From Bacteroidota bacterium (GTDB lineage Bacteria > Bacteroidota > Bacteroidia > AKYH767-A > OLB10): a stretch of 64,000 nt of DNA. The notes beneath the pieces are model-generated. The model saw only the letters and a list, made by a program, of their open reading frames with translations. It made no database searches and was not told the origin of the DNA. A program made the translations under genes and the position numbers. Shown in pieces: positions 57,701 through 64,000 of the stretch. Each line of letters opens with the position of its first letter. Positions within the stretch are counted from its first letter, which is position 1. Where the stretch lies: assembly GCA_016713925.1 (NCBI GenBank), contig JADJOH010000002.1, forward strand, positions 238,395-302,394, read 5' to 3'.

Positions 57701-59618
57701 AATTAACAACAGCTATACAATAACCCAACCATCAGCTGCACTGGCGAATACAACAGTAACCAATGCTGCGCTTTGCTATGGTGATAGTACAGGAAGTATA
57801 GATATTAATGTAACGGGAGGAACAACACCTTACTCTTACATGTGGAACAACGGGGCCACTACAGAAGATATCACCAACATCTCATCAGGAACCTATACGG
57901 TCCTCATAACAGATGCCAACAATTGTACCTATACTGAAATAATAAATATTTCGCAACCGGCTGCTGTCCTTTCTGCCGCACCTGCAGTAAATCAGGTAAT
58001 GTGCACAGGAGATAGTACCGGGGCAGTTTCGTTGAGTGTTTCGGGAGGTACAGGTCCTTATAATTATCTATGGAACACAGGAGCTACTCTCCAAAATCCA
58101 TCGGGAATGCCCGCCGGCAATTACAATGTCACAGTAACAGATGCGAATGGTTGTACAACTCTTGAAACCATCTCTATTGCAGAACCCGCTGCGGCTCTTC
58201 AACTCAACGCGAGTGTCGGACACCTGAGTTGTCATGCTCAACCCACCGGTTGGATTGATATTACGGTTACCGGTGGAACAGGCACCTATTCCTATTTATG
58301 GAATAACGGAGGAACAGTAGAAGATCCTTCTCAATTACTGGCAGGAAATTATACAGTTACCGTGACCGACCAAAACGGATGTTCTTCACAAATTAATGCA
58401 CAAATTACTCAACCTGCCGCCTTCCCAACTGTAAGTGCGGTGACTATACCCGTGAGTTGTACAGGAATGCAGAATGGGGCTGTGTACACTGTTGTGAGAG
58501 GCGGAACTTCCCCTTATACTTATCAATGGAATACCGGAGCTGCTACCGACTCATTAACATCAATCGGAGCCGGAACATATATTGTAACAGTAACTGATGC
58601 CAACGGATGCAGTGAAACCTATACAACACAAATAATTGAACCGGTCAGCTCTTTGAACGTAACAGGTAATGCCTCAGGCGCCGATTGCATAACCGGTCAA
58701 CTGGGAACTTTGTCCGTGGCGACAACAGGAGGTACTGCTCCTTATACCTACTTATGGAACACAGGTGCCAATACATCAACGCTCAGCAATCAAATCCCCG
58801 GAACCTATACCGTTACTGTGGCAGATGCGAACGGTTGCGAATCACTGCAGAGTTTAATTGTTTCAGACATTTCAGACCTGAATATAGCGGCTGTGGGTGA
58901 TCCCGAAATATGTATGGGACAAACCGCGATCATAAGAACAGATACTATTCCGAATGCGACTTTACAATGGTACTACAACGGAGCACTTCTTCAGGGAGCC
59001 ACAATGAATTCATTTGTCACTCCTGTAGCAGGAACATATACACTTACTGCAACCACAGTTTGCGGAACTTATACTTCCAATCCTGTTGTGGTAACTGTTC
59101 GTGTGTTGAATAATGTAAGTATAAACAATAGTGTCATCGTTTGTAAAGGTGAGAGTACGCAATTACAGGCGGGAGGAGGTGTAGAATATTCCTGGTCACC
59201 AACACTGGGATTAAATAATTCGACCATTTCCAATCCGGTAGCGACACCTGTACAAACCACAGATTATACAGTGACGATTAAAGATGAATTCGGCTGTACC
59301 GCCACCGCAACAGTAACCGTGAGTGTGATTTGTGATACGCTTGATATTCCTAATGGATTCTCGCCCAACAACGATGGAACCAATGATACTTTCGTCATAG
59401 ATGGCATAGATGGCTATCCCGGAAATATACTCTTCATCTACAATCGCTGGGGAAATCTGGTGTATAAGAAGAAAGAATATGCCAATGAATGGGATGGCAG
59501 ATCCAATGTGAACGGTGTAATATTTGGTGAAGAATTGCCCAACGGAACCTACTATTATATACTAGATTTAAATGTTGACCAAAAACCATTTAACGGATTT
59601 GTCGTCATACGCAGATAA
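51732..59618 (+). CDS. giant SprB-repeat adhesin (2628 aa) with a distinct ~400-aa N-terminal domain and a gliding-motility-associated C-terminal domain (CHU_C, T9SS type B). It is intact.
   Basis: Signal peptide, then the N-terminal domain (ATHAAGSDIKYRCLGG..YEIEVTFYRDCDG), about 28 SprB repeats (NCFGxxTGxxxxxxSGGTSPYTYxWSNGATT..LxAGTYTVTVTDANGCT), an Ig-like region, and CHU_C (...FSPNNDGTNDTFVIDGIDGYPGNILFIYNRWGNLVY...NGTYYYILDL...). Confidence 0.85.
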   Translation: MASIYCSKMRHQLPNQNRILRSVYLLLMILLSSGINNQIMATHAAGSDIKYRCLGGLLYEIEVTFYRDCDGVAEPSTITINCKSASGPGNHNINITANKVAGSSNGVEITVPCASSNSTCNGGSSTGVRKWTYRATVTLPSARADWVFSYSVCCRNCTITTITNPCASNSTLYVEAKLNNILAPCNSSPTFSNIPIAFVCSGQNFNYNHGVLDPDGDSLVYSLITPKTTATSNVSFVPPATVNTPIASSTPFLINATTGDLNFTPSQTQIGIMAILVQEYRNNQLIGSVIRDMQVYTNVCVNNLPTVSGINGTTNFTLNACPNQQICFTVNSIDIDASQIVSLTTNNGIANATYTIGTGNRPTLTFCWTPTTANISLRPHTFTVTVRDNACPTNGIQTYSFNIYVPHPYFTTSSTNINCSGDATGTASAFPVYSGTYNYLWSNGATTSSINGLSAGTYSVTATDPGSGCSLSQSVVITEPTGMSATAIATQPSCIGVSNGAIDATVTGGNTPYTYNWSNGSTNQDLSSLPAGTYTLTITDANGCTKTSTTTLAGTYSVSLTTTPTAVNCFGNATGMVTSTPNNGVAPYNYIWSNGATGSGLTNINAGNYTLTVTDANGCTATSTASVSQPAAALALTGTATAVNCFGQATGTVSVNASGGTSPYSYLWSNGATTSSSNNIAAGTYTVMVTDNKGCTSTLIRSVSQPLATLTTGASQTNVNCFGQSTGTISVSVSGGTTPYTYLWNNGAQTQNINNLSAGTYSVTVTDAVGCTSVISRTITQPTANLTASTSATNAVSCFGGGNGSIILNVNGGTTPYTYNWNNGATTQNLSGLSAGNYTVTVTDANNCTSAVSSISITQPTAALNATSSKVNVACFGNASGSINLTTLGGTSPYTYQWNNGASSQNIFGLSAGTYTVTVTDAQNCITNVSVNISQPATAVSLSTTKTNVRCFGNTTGLAAAIGSGGTSPYTYSWSNGASTSSINNLTAGTYTVTVTDANGCTSATPVSITQPAAALAISATTSNISCRNVPTGTITTTVTGGTSSYSYQWNNGMSSSSLNNLSSGSYTVTVTDAQGCTINNTYTLSQPVAILSATLTANAVGCFGNSTGSATVVANGGTTPYTYQWNTGSAASSIANAAAGTYSVTITDANGCTVNGNTAISQPVAALSLSTTSANVACFGNSSGSAVVTPAGGTTPYTYNWSNGISTQGASGLAAGNYSVTVTDANGCTSNSSVNIQQPSATLQASATSNDINCTGNSIGSIDVTVNGGTSPYSYLWSNGSGQQDITNLSANTYTVTVTDANGCTFQLSKTVSQPAGALNVNSAVTNLLCHDDNNGIINITASAGTPPYTYAWSTGSTSEDINNLSAGSYTVTVSDNNGCTLTNNLFVTQPSAPLAASISNVPVACFGNSTASLNLSVTGGTSGYTFAWSNGNSNEDQSNISAGNYSVIITDQNGCTTSAQTSIAQPAAPLSLSATQVNLNCHDVLDGSIQAVAAGGTSGYTYLWSNGETNSTISNLPVGAYTLTVTDANGCTSSQSYTINHAAAILTANIVSAAVPCYGDPTGSLNLNISGGTPPFLYKWNTGQTSEDLNNMNAGSYTVTITDANGCSTSANAAIAQPIAALSSSQTTTPVLCFGDATGLIDFNSNGGTQPYTYIWSNGSTSEDLLQLTAGDYTITVTDANGCTLLNTISITQPSAPIQSNFIVSNAACYGDSSGSIQTVINGGTAPYTYNWSNQSSNADIQSLPTGSYQLVVTDVNGCVLTENVSVSQPVAPVSTAPILVNIDCNGNGTGAADLQTSGGTAPYTYQWSNGSSQMQATGLQSGTYTYTVTDANQCILSGNVTITQPAASLTVTNQMTNVGCFGNATGMIDLSVSGGTPSYSYLWNDGSTNEDLNNLAAGTYTVTVTDNNNCISSQSFTIDQPVATLALTDSIAMVNCFAGQDALIQVFVNGGTAPYTYSWNDGSTNSALGNISIGTYNVMVTDINGCTINNSYTITQPSAALANTTVTNAALCYGDSTGSIDINVTGGTTPYSYMWNNGATTEDITNISSGTYTVLITDANNCTYTEIINISQPAAVLSAAPAVNQVMCTGDSTGAVSLSVSGGTGPYNYLWNTGATLQNPSGMPAGNYNVTVTDANGCTTLETISIAEPAAALQLNASVGHLSCHAQPTGWIDITVTGGTGTYSYLWNNGGTVEDPSQLLAGNYTVTVTDQNGCSSQINAQITQPAAFPTVSAVTIPVSCTGMQNGAVYTVVRGGTSPYTYQWNTGAATDSLTSIGAGTYIVTVTDANGCSETYTTQIIEPVSSLNVTGNASGADCITGQLGTLSVATTGGTAPYTYLWNTGANTSTLSNQIPGTYTVTVADANGCESLQSLIVSDISDLNIAAVGDPEICMGQTAIIRTDTIPNATLQWYYNGALLQGATMNSFVTPVAGTYTLTATTVCGTYTSNPVVVTVRVLNNVSINNSVIVCKGESTQLQAGGGVEYSWSPTLGLNNSTISNPVATPVQTTDYTVTIKDEFGCTATATVTVSVICDTLDIPNGFSPNNDGTNDTFVIDGIDGYPGNILFIYNRWGNLVYKKKEYANEWDGRSNVNGVIFGEELPNGTYYYILDLNVDQKPFNGFVVIRR

Positions 59619-59645
59619 CTAAACAAAAAATAATACGAAGTATAA

Positions 59646-60614
59646 ATGTCCAATTTAATGATAACAGGCACCATGAATAAGCTGAATGCAATTGTAAGAA
59701 AAGTGATCATCATGATGACTTTCGTGCTGATGATGTGCGCCCAGGCCAGGGCTCAGTTTGAACCGCAGTTCACACAGTACATGTTTAACGAGATGTTCAT
59801 CAACCCCGCTTATGCCGGCTCGAGAGATCATATGGCAATGACAGCCCTCTACCGAAACCAATGGGTGGGAATCGAAGGTTCGCCGAAAACACAAACCTTT
59901 AGCGCTCACACCCCGCTGCGGAATGAAAAAATCGGGTTGGGTCTCTCTATTTTACACGAAGAGATTGGGGTGACTCAGGATTTCTCTGCCTTTGGAACTT
60001 ATGCCTACAGAATTCCGATGCAAAAAGGATTTTTCTCTATGGCGCTTTCAGGGGGTATCATTCACCATCAGGAACAATTGCTAGAGTTAAAAACCCAGGA
60101 TCAGGGGGATCAATCCTTCATGGGCACACCCCGACTAACGGTACCGAATATGGGCTTCGGAACGTTTCTCTCGACCAGAAATTATTATGTCGGATTATCT
60201 ATCCCGCGCATGCTGCAGAATAAAGTGGATGCAGCCACCGGAAAAGCCGAGAATAAAATCAATGTTCCCTATTGGCACTATTACCTCATGGGAGGTTACG
60301 TGTTTACACTCAATGAATCGATCAAATTAAAACCTACTTGTATGGTGAAGGCCGTGAGTGGCGCACCGGTGGTAGCTGATTTTGGCGCGCATGTGCTGCT
60401 GAGTGAAGTGCTGTGGTTAGGTGGCTCCTATCGGACATCCGACTCATGGGCTGCAATCATTCAGATTCAAATGAATAAGCAAATGCGACTGGGTTACTCG
60501 TATGATTATACATTGACAGAATTAAATCAATTCACTTCGGGCACCCATGAAATCACTTTAGGTTTTGATTTCTCCTTCGATAAAAACAAAGTTGTCACCC
60601 CTCGCTATTTCTAA
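59646..60614 (+). CDS. type IX secretion system membrane protein, PorP/SprF family (paralog of 24115..25038)
   Basis: Hallmark FTQYMFNEMFINPAYAGSRDH. It ends ...KNKVVTPRYF, the same C-terminal motif as the first copy. It lies 28 bp downstream of the giant adhesin. Confidence 0.85.
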   Translation: MSNLMITGTMNKLNAIVRKVIIMMTFVLMMCAQARAQFEPQFTQYMFNEMFINPAYAGSRDHMAMTALYRNQWVGIEGSPKTQTFSAHTPLRNEKIGLGLSILHEEIGVTQDFSAFGTYAYRIPMQKGFFSMALSGGIIHHQEQLLELKTQDQGDQSFMGTPRLTVPNMGFGTFLSTRNYYVGLSIPRMLQNKVDAATGKAENKINVPYWHYYLMGGYVFTLNESIKLKPTCMVKAVSGAPVVADFGAHVLLSEVLWLGGSYRTSDSWAAIIQIQMNKQMRLGYSYDYTLTELNQFTSGTHEITLGFDFSFDKNKVVTPRYF

Positions 60615-60639
60615 ACCCAACCCATCCAACCAGTCAATT

Positions 60640-62802
60640 ATGAAAAATTATATCCTTTCCTTCCTGCTCGCTTTGGCTATCATCCCGGCTATGGCGCAAA
60701 AAGGTCTTTTACGTAAAGGGGATTTCCATTATAAATTAATGGCCTATACTAAAGCAATTCATTATTATACCAAGGCGATTAAAAAAGACAGCACCTTACA
60801 GGAAGCTATCTTCAAACTGGCCGACTGCTACAGGCTGACCAATAACAGACAACAAGCTGAAATATGGTACGCAAAAGCGGTGAAAATGCCGGCAGTACTT
60901 CCCATTCATAAATTCTACTATGGTCAGGCATTGATGAACAGCGGAAAATTTGCCCAAGCTAAAAAATGGATGACAGATTTTGTGCTGGACAATAAAGCCG
61001 ATGGAAGAGGTCAGGCCTTTGTGAAAGCCATTGATACCTATCAAAGTTTCTTCATCGACTCGTCCAACTACGCGATGACAAAGCTCGATATCAACTCTGA
61101 AAATGCTGACTTTGGTGCTACACTCTATCAGGATGGAATCGTTTTCGCTTCTTCCAGAAAAACAACAGAAGTCATAGAGCGTAAACACTCCTGGACGAAT
61201 CAGCCCTTTCTGGATTTATACTACAGTCGTGGAAAAGAAAATAAATTCAGAGAACCGGAACAATTTGCATCAAGTTTACAAACTAAACTGAATGATGGTC
61301 CGGTGGCTTTCAATAAAAAGGGTGATGAAATCTGGATTACCAGAAACAACATCGAGGGTGGCAAAGTCAAGAAGAGTGCTGATAAAGTGGTGAAGTTAAA
61401 AATCTTCAAAGCTAAGAGTAATGGAGAGAATGACTGGAGTAAGCTCGAACCTTTCGCGTACAACAGCGACAGCTATAGTTGTGCACACCCTGCATTGAGT
61501 CCGGATGGACAGAAATTATTTTTCTCCTCCAATATGCCCGGCTCAAAAGGTGGCATGGATATATTTATGTGTACCAAACAAGGAAATGGATGGAGTCAGC
61601 CCGTCAATCTTGGAGATACCATCAATACAAAAGGAAATGAAGTTTTCCCGGTGGTAATGGATGATGGCACCTTGTATTATTCCTCAGATGGTTTGCCAGG
61701 ATTAGGTGGCCTCGACATCTTCTTTACCCGCGACAACGGTTTACGTTATACCGTACCCGTTAATGTTGGATATCCACTCAACACCTATGATGATGACTTC
61801 AGCATGGTGTATGATATGAAAAATAAAATCGGTTACCTCAGTTCTAACCGCGCGAATCGTGGCTTTGATGATGATCTATACACTTTTAAAAAGAAAAGTA
61901 TTCGCGTAAAAGGAATAGTAGTCAGAAAGGAAGATGGTACTCCGATCAAGGAGGCCCGAGTAGAACTGAAAACAGGTGATAAATCACAAAATTTCACCAC
62001 GATGGAAAATGGTCGTTTTGACTTTCCGGCTGAATTCGATTTGCAATATGCTTTAAAAGGAAGTGCCGAAGGTTTGGGAGACTCTACTGTTAACTTCGAA
62101 ACTTCTGCTACCTATCCCGGCGATCCCTTTATCAGAATTGAGCTTGGAACGAAATCTTCCGAATTCGCTTTATCCATCACTGTGATCGATGCAGACACGA
62201 AGGAACCCTTACCCGGCTCCATGATTCGCGATGATGCTTCACAAAAAGATATCGGCACGACGGATTTAGCAGGAAAATATACTCAACCCATCGTTCCACA
62301 GAAAGATGAACAACTCGTCATCTCTATGGCCGGCTATCGCCCGAAAGTGCTGATGCTAAAAGGACAAGATGCCGAGGCGCCAAAAAATCATGAGTATGTA
62401 GTGGAATTATCTAAGGCCAGTGAAATTTCACCTTACGAAAACTGGTTTAAAATCGTCTATTACGATCTGGATAAATTTAATGTGCGAACAGATGCGGTAC
62501 CTGTACTCGATGAAGTGGCTGTCTTCCTGAAAGAAAACACCAATGTTAAAATTTCTCTTTCCTCCAGTACCGACAGTCGCGCTACGAAAGAATACAACGA
62601 ACGCCTCTCCCAAAACAGATCTAAATCTGCCCGACAATACCTGATTGAAAAAGGAGTGAATCCCAAGCAGGTGGCTCGAATTACCTGGACCGGCGAATCG
62701 GTACTCGTAAACGATTGCGGGGACGAAGCACCCTGTTCTGAAGAAATGCATCAACTGAATCGCCGTACGGAAATTATGGTGATGGAAGTTAAAAGAGATT
62801 AA
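60640..62802 (+). CDS. PorE-like outer-membrane protein (TPR - PD40/WD40-like - CarbopepD_reg-like - OmpA_C). This is the intact paralog of the frameshifted gene at 22197..24115. The track ORF begins at 60565 (TTG), but the signal peptide starts at the ATG at 60640.
   Basis: MKNYILSFLLALAIIPAMAQ signal peptide, TPR region, repeated PD40-like segments (HPALSPDGQKLFFSS...GGMDIF), and the OmpA_C domain VYYDLDKFNVRTDAVPVLDEVAVFLKEN...RRTEIMV. Confidence 0.8.
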   Translation: MKNYILSFLLALAIIPAMAQKGLLRKGDFHYKLMAYTKAIHYYTKAIKKDSTLQEAIFKLADCYRLTNNRQQAEIWYAKAVKMPAVLPIHKFYYGQALMNSGKFAQAKKWMTDFVLDNKADGRGQAFVKAIDTYQSFFIDSSNYAMTKLDINSENADFGATLYQDGIVFASSRKTTEVIERKHSWTNQPFLDLYYSRGKENKFREPEQFASSLQTKLNDGPVAFNKKGDEIWITRNNIEGGKVKKSADKVVKLKIFKAKSNGENDWSKLEPFAYNSDSYSCAHPALSPDGQKLFFSSNMPGSKGGMDIFMCTKQGNGWSQPVNLGDTINTKGNEVFPVVMDDGTLYYSSDGLPGLGGLDIFFTRDNGLRYTVPVNVGYPLNTYDDDFSMVYDMKNKIGYLSSNRANRGFDDDLYTFKKKSIRVKGIVVRKEDGTPIKEARVELKTGDKSQNFTTMENGRFDFPAEFDLQYALKGSAEGLGDSTVNFETSATYPGDPFIRIELGTKSSEFALSITVIDADTKEPLPGSMIRDDASQKDIGTTDLAGKYTQPIVPQKDEQLVISMAGYRPKVLMLKGQDAEAPKNHEYVVELSKASEISPYENWFKIVYYDLDKFNVRTDAVPVLDEVAVFLKENTNVKISLSSSTDSRATKEYNERLSQNRSKSARQYLIEKGVNPKQVARITWTGESVLVNDCGDEAPCSEEMHQLNRRTEIMVMEVKRD

Positions 62803-62823
62803 AATACACTTCCTGTTTAATGA

Positions 62824-62858
62824 AAAGGCTGTCGGGTTTCGGTAGCCTTTTCTGTTTT
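62824..62858 (+). terminator. putative rho-independent terminator of the PorE-like gene
   Basis: aaaggct...agccttt stem (7 bp) followed by ttttctgtttt. Confidence 0.45.
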
Positions 62859-62924
62859 GCTTCAATTAGAAATGAGTAGAATTACTCTTTCTTTACTTTA
62901 ACTTCGAATGAATTTTGTTCTCTG

Positions 62925-64000
62925 ATTATAATTACGGATTCGGAAAGTGTTTTGTCGAAAATTGTCAAATTTTAGGTGAGTAGAAATAATCGTCCTACAA
63001 GGTATTTATCTCTATAACCACTAAGGCACTAAGAACACAAGATTCACTAAGGACTCTTTCTTATTCTTAGTGCTCTGAGTGTCCTATGTGACTTAGTGGT
63101 GAAAAGAAGGGTTTAATTTAATAAACTCAATCTGGAAGTATTGCTGGGGATTACGAACTAAGACGCGCTGGAACTCATCCATTCATTCTCTACTTTCATC
63201 ATCCCCAGGGTTCGGGACAAATTACTCATCTTATCATTAAAACATTAATGATGTATTTGTAGGTGGTGATAGCAGGAGGGTATGTTACGGGAGAGATACC
63301 GATGAATGCGGTGGCGAATGGGGTTTATTTTGTGAATTTAAATCCGGATGCGGAAAGTGTTTCGTCGAAAATTGTCAAATTTTAAGTGAGTAGAAATCAT
63401 CGACCTCCTAGGTATTTATCTCTATAACCACTAAGGCACTTAGAACACAAGATTCACTAAGGATTTTATCTTCTTCTTAGTGGCCCTTAGTGGCCTATGT
63501 GTCTTCGTGGTAAAAAAAGAAAGGCTTTTTTAATTATACAAATTCAATCTGGAAGTATTGCTCGGGATTACGAACTAAGACGCGCTGGAACTCATCCATT
63601 CATTCTCTACTTTCATCATCCTCAGGCTGCGGGACAAATCACTCATCACACCATTAAAACATTAATGATGTATGTGTACGTGGTAATAGCGGGAGGATAT
63701 GTGACGGGAGAGATACCGATGAATGCGGTGGCGAAGGGGGTTTATATTGTGAATTTAATTACGGATGCGGAAAGTGTTTCGTCTAAGATTGTCAAATTTT
63801 AGGTGAGAAGAAATCATCGTCTTCCAAGGTATTTATCTCTATAACCACTAAGGCACTTAGAACACAAGATTCACTAAGGACTCTTTCTTATTCTTAGTGC
63901 TCTGAGTGTCCTATGTGACTTAGTGGTGAAAAGAAGGAATTAATTTAATAAACTCAATCCGGAAGTGTTGCTCTCGATTACGAACTAAGACGCGCTGGAA
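62925..64000 (+). repeat. tandem array of at least 2.6 units of ~410-417 bp, continuing past the window end. Each unit holds a degenerate T9SS-CTD-like coding cassette plus a CACTAAG/CTTAGTG heptamer cluster.
   Basis: The anchor cggaaagtgt recurs at 62941, 63351 and 63768. Each unit ends with an in-frame ...MNAVA(N/K)GVY(F/I)VNL(N/I)(P/T)DAESVSSKIVKF* (e.g. ORF 63497..63802). Units 1 and 3 are more alike than unit 2, suggesting an A-B-A higher-order repeat. Confidence 0.8.

Noticed and set aside
60565-60639. TTG-initiated N-terminal extension of the PorE-like ORF overlapping the PorP 3' end
   Set aside because: The ATG at 60640 begins a clear signal peptide (MKNYILSFLLALAIIPAMAQ). The extension merely reads through the PorP terminus in another frame.

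Overview
This 64-kb window looks like Bacteroidota chromosome, Chitinophagaceae/Sphingobacteriia-like. Evidence for that: T9SS C-terminal sorting domains, PorP/SprF, SprB-repeat giant adhesins, a mitochondrial-type 755-aa aconitase, a type III glutamine synthetase and a short NuoG. The housekeeping backbone is aconitase, GS-III, kup, tRNA-Met, murB, rarA, a complete nuoA-N operon on the minus strand, and crtI/crtB. It is interleaved with accessory cell-surface modules. The main observations are listed below. (1) There are two paralogous modules in inverted orientation, each a giant SprB-repeat/CHU_C (T9SS type B) adhesin, then a PorP/SprF, then a PorE-like TPR/PD40/CarbopepD_reg/OmpA protein. 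The minus-strand module is at 22.2-34.8 kb and the plus-strand module at 51.7-62.8 kb. Together they flank nuo and crt. (2) The window ends in a tandem array of ~415-bp units. Each unit carries a degenerate T9SS-CTD-coding 3' cassette plus a cluster of CACTAAG/CTTAGTG heptamers. (3) tRNA-Met(CAT) is followed by three tandem degenerate copies of its own 3' two-thirds, each with an 18-nt palindromic insertion in the T-loop. (4) An IS200/RayT-like tyrosine transposase with a degenerate HUH motif sits beside a 16-bp x5.5 tandem repeat in the nuo promoter region. (5) There are several perfect palindromes: 48 bp at 823-870, and two copies of the 20-bp TGACAGGTCGCGACCTGTCA between murB and the tRNA. 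(6) Five genes carry apparent frameshifts: kup, the PorE-like gene, the giant adhesin (twice) and crtB. Three of the five sites are at short homopolymers. This density points to sequencing indels rather than real pseudogenes, so every disrupted call here should be checked against reads. No CRISPR array, no rRNA, and no phage or conjugative island was seen.
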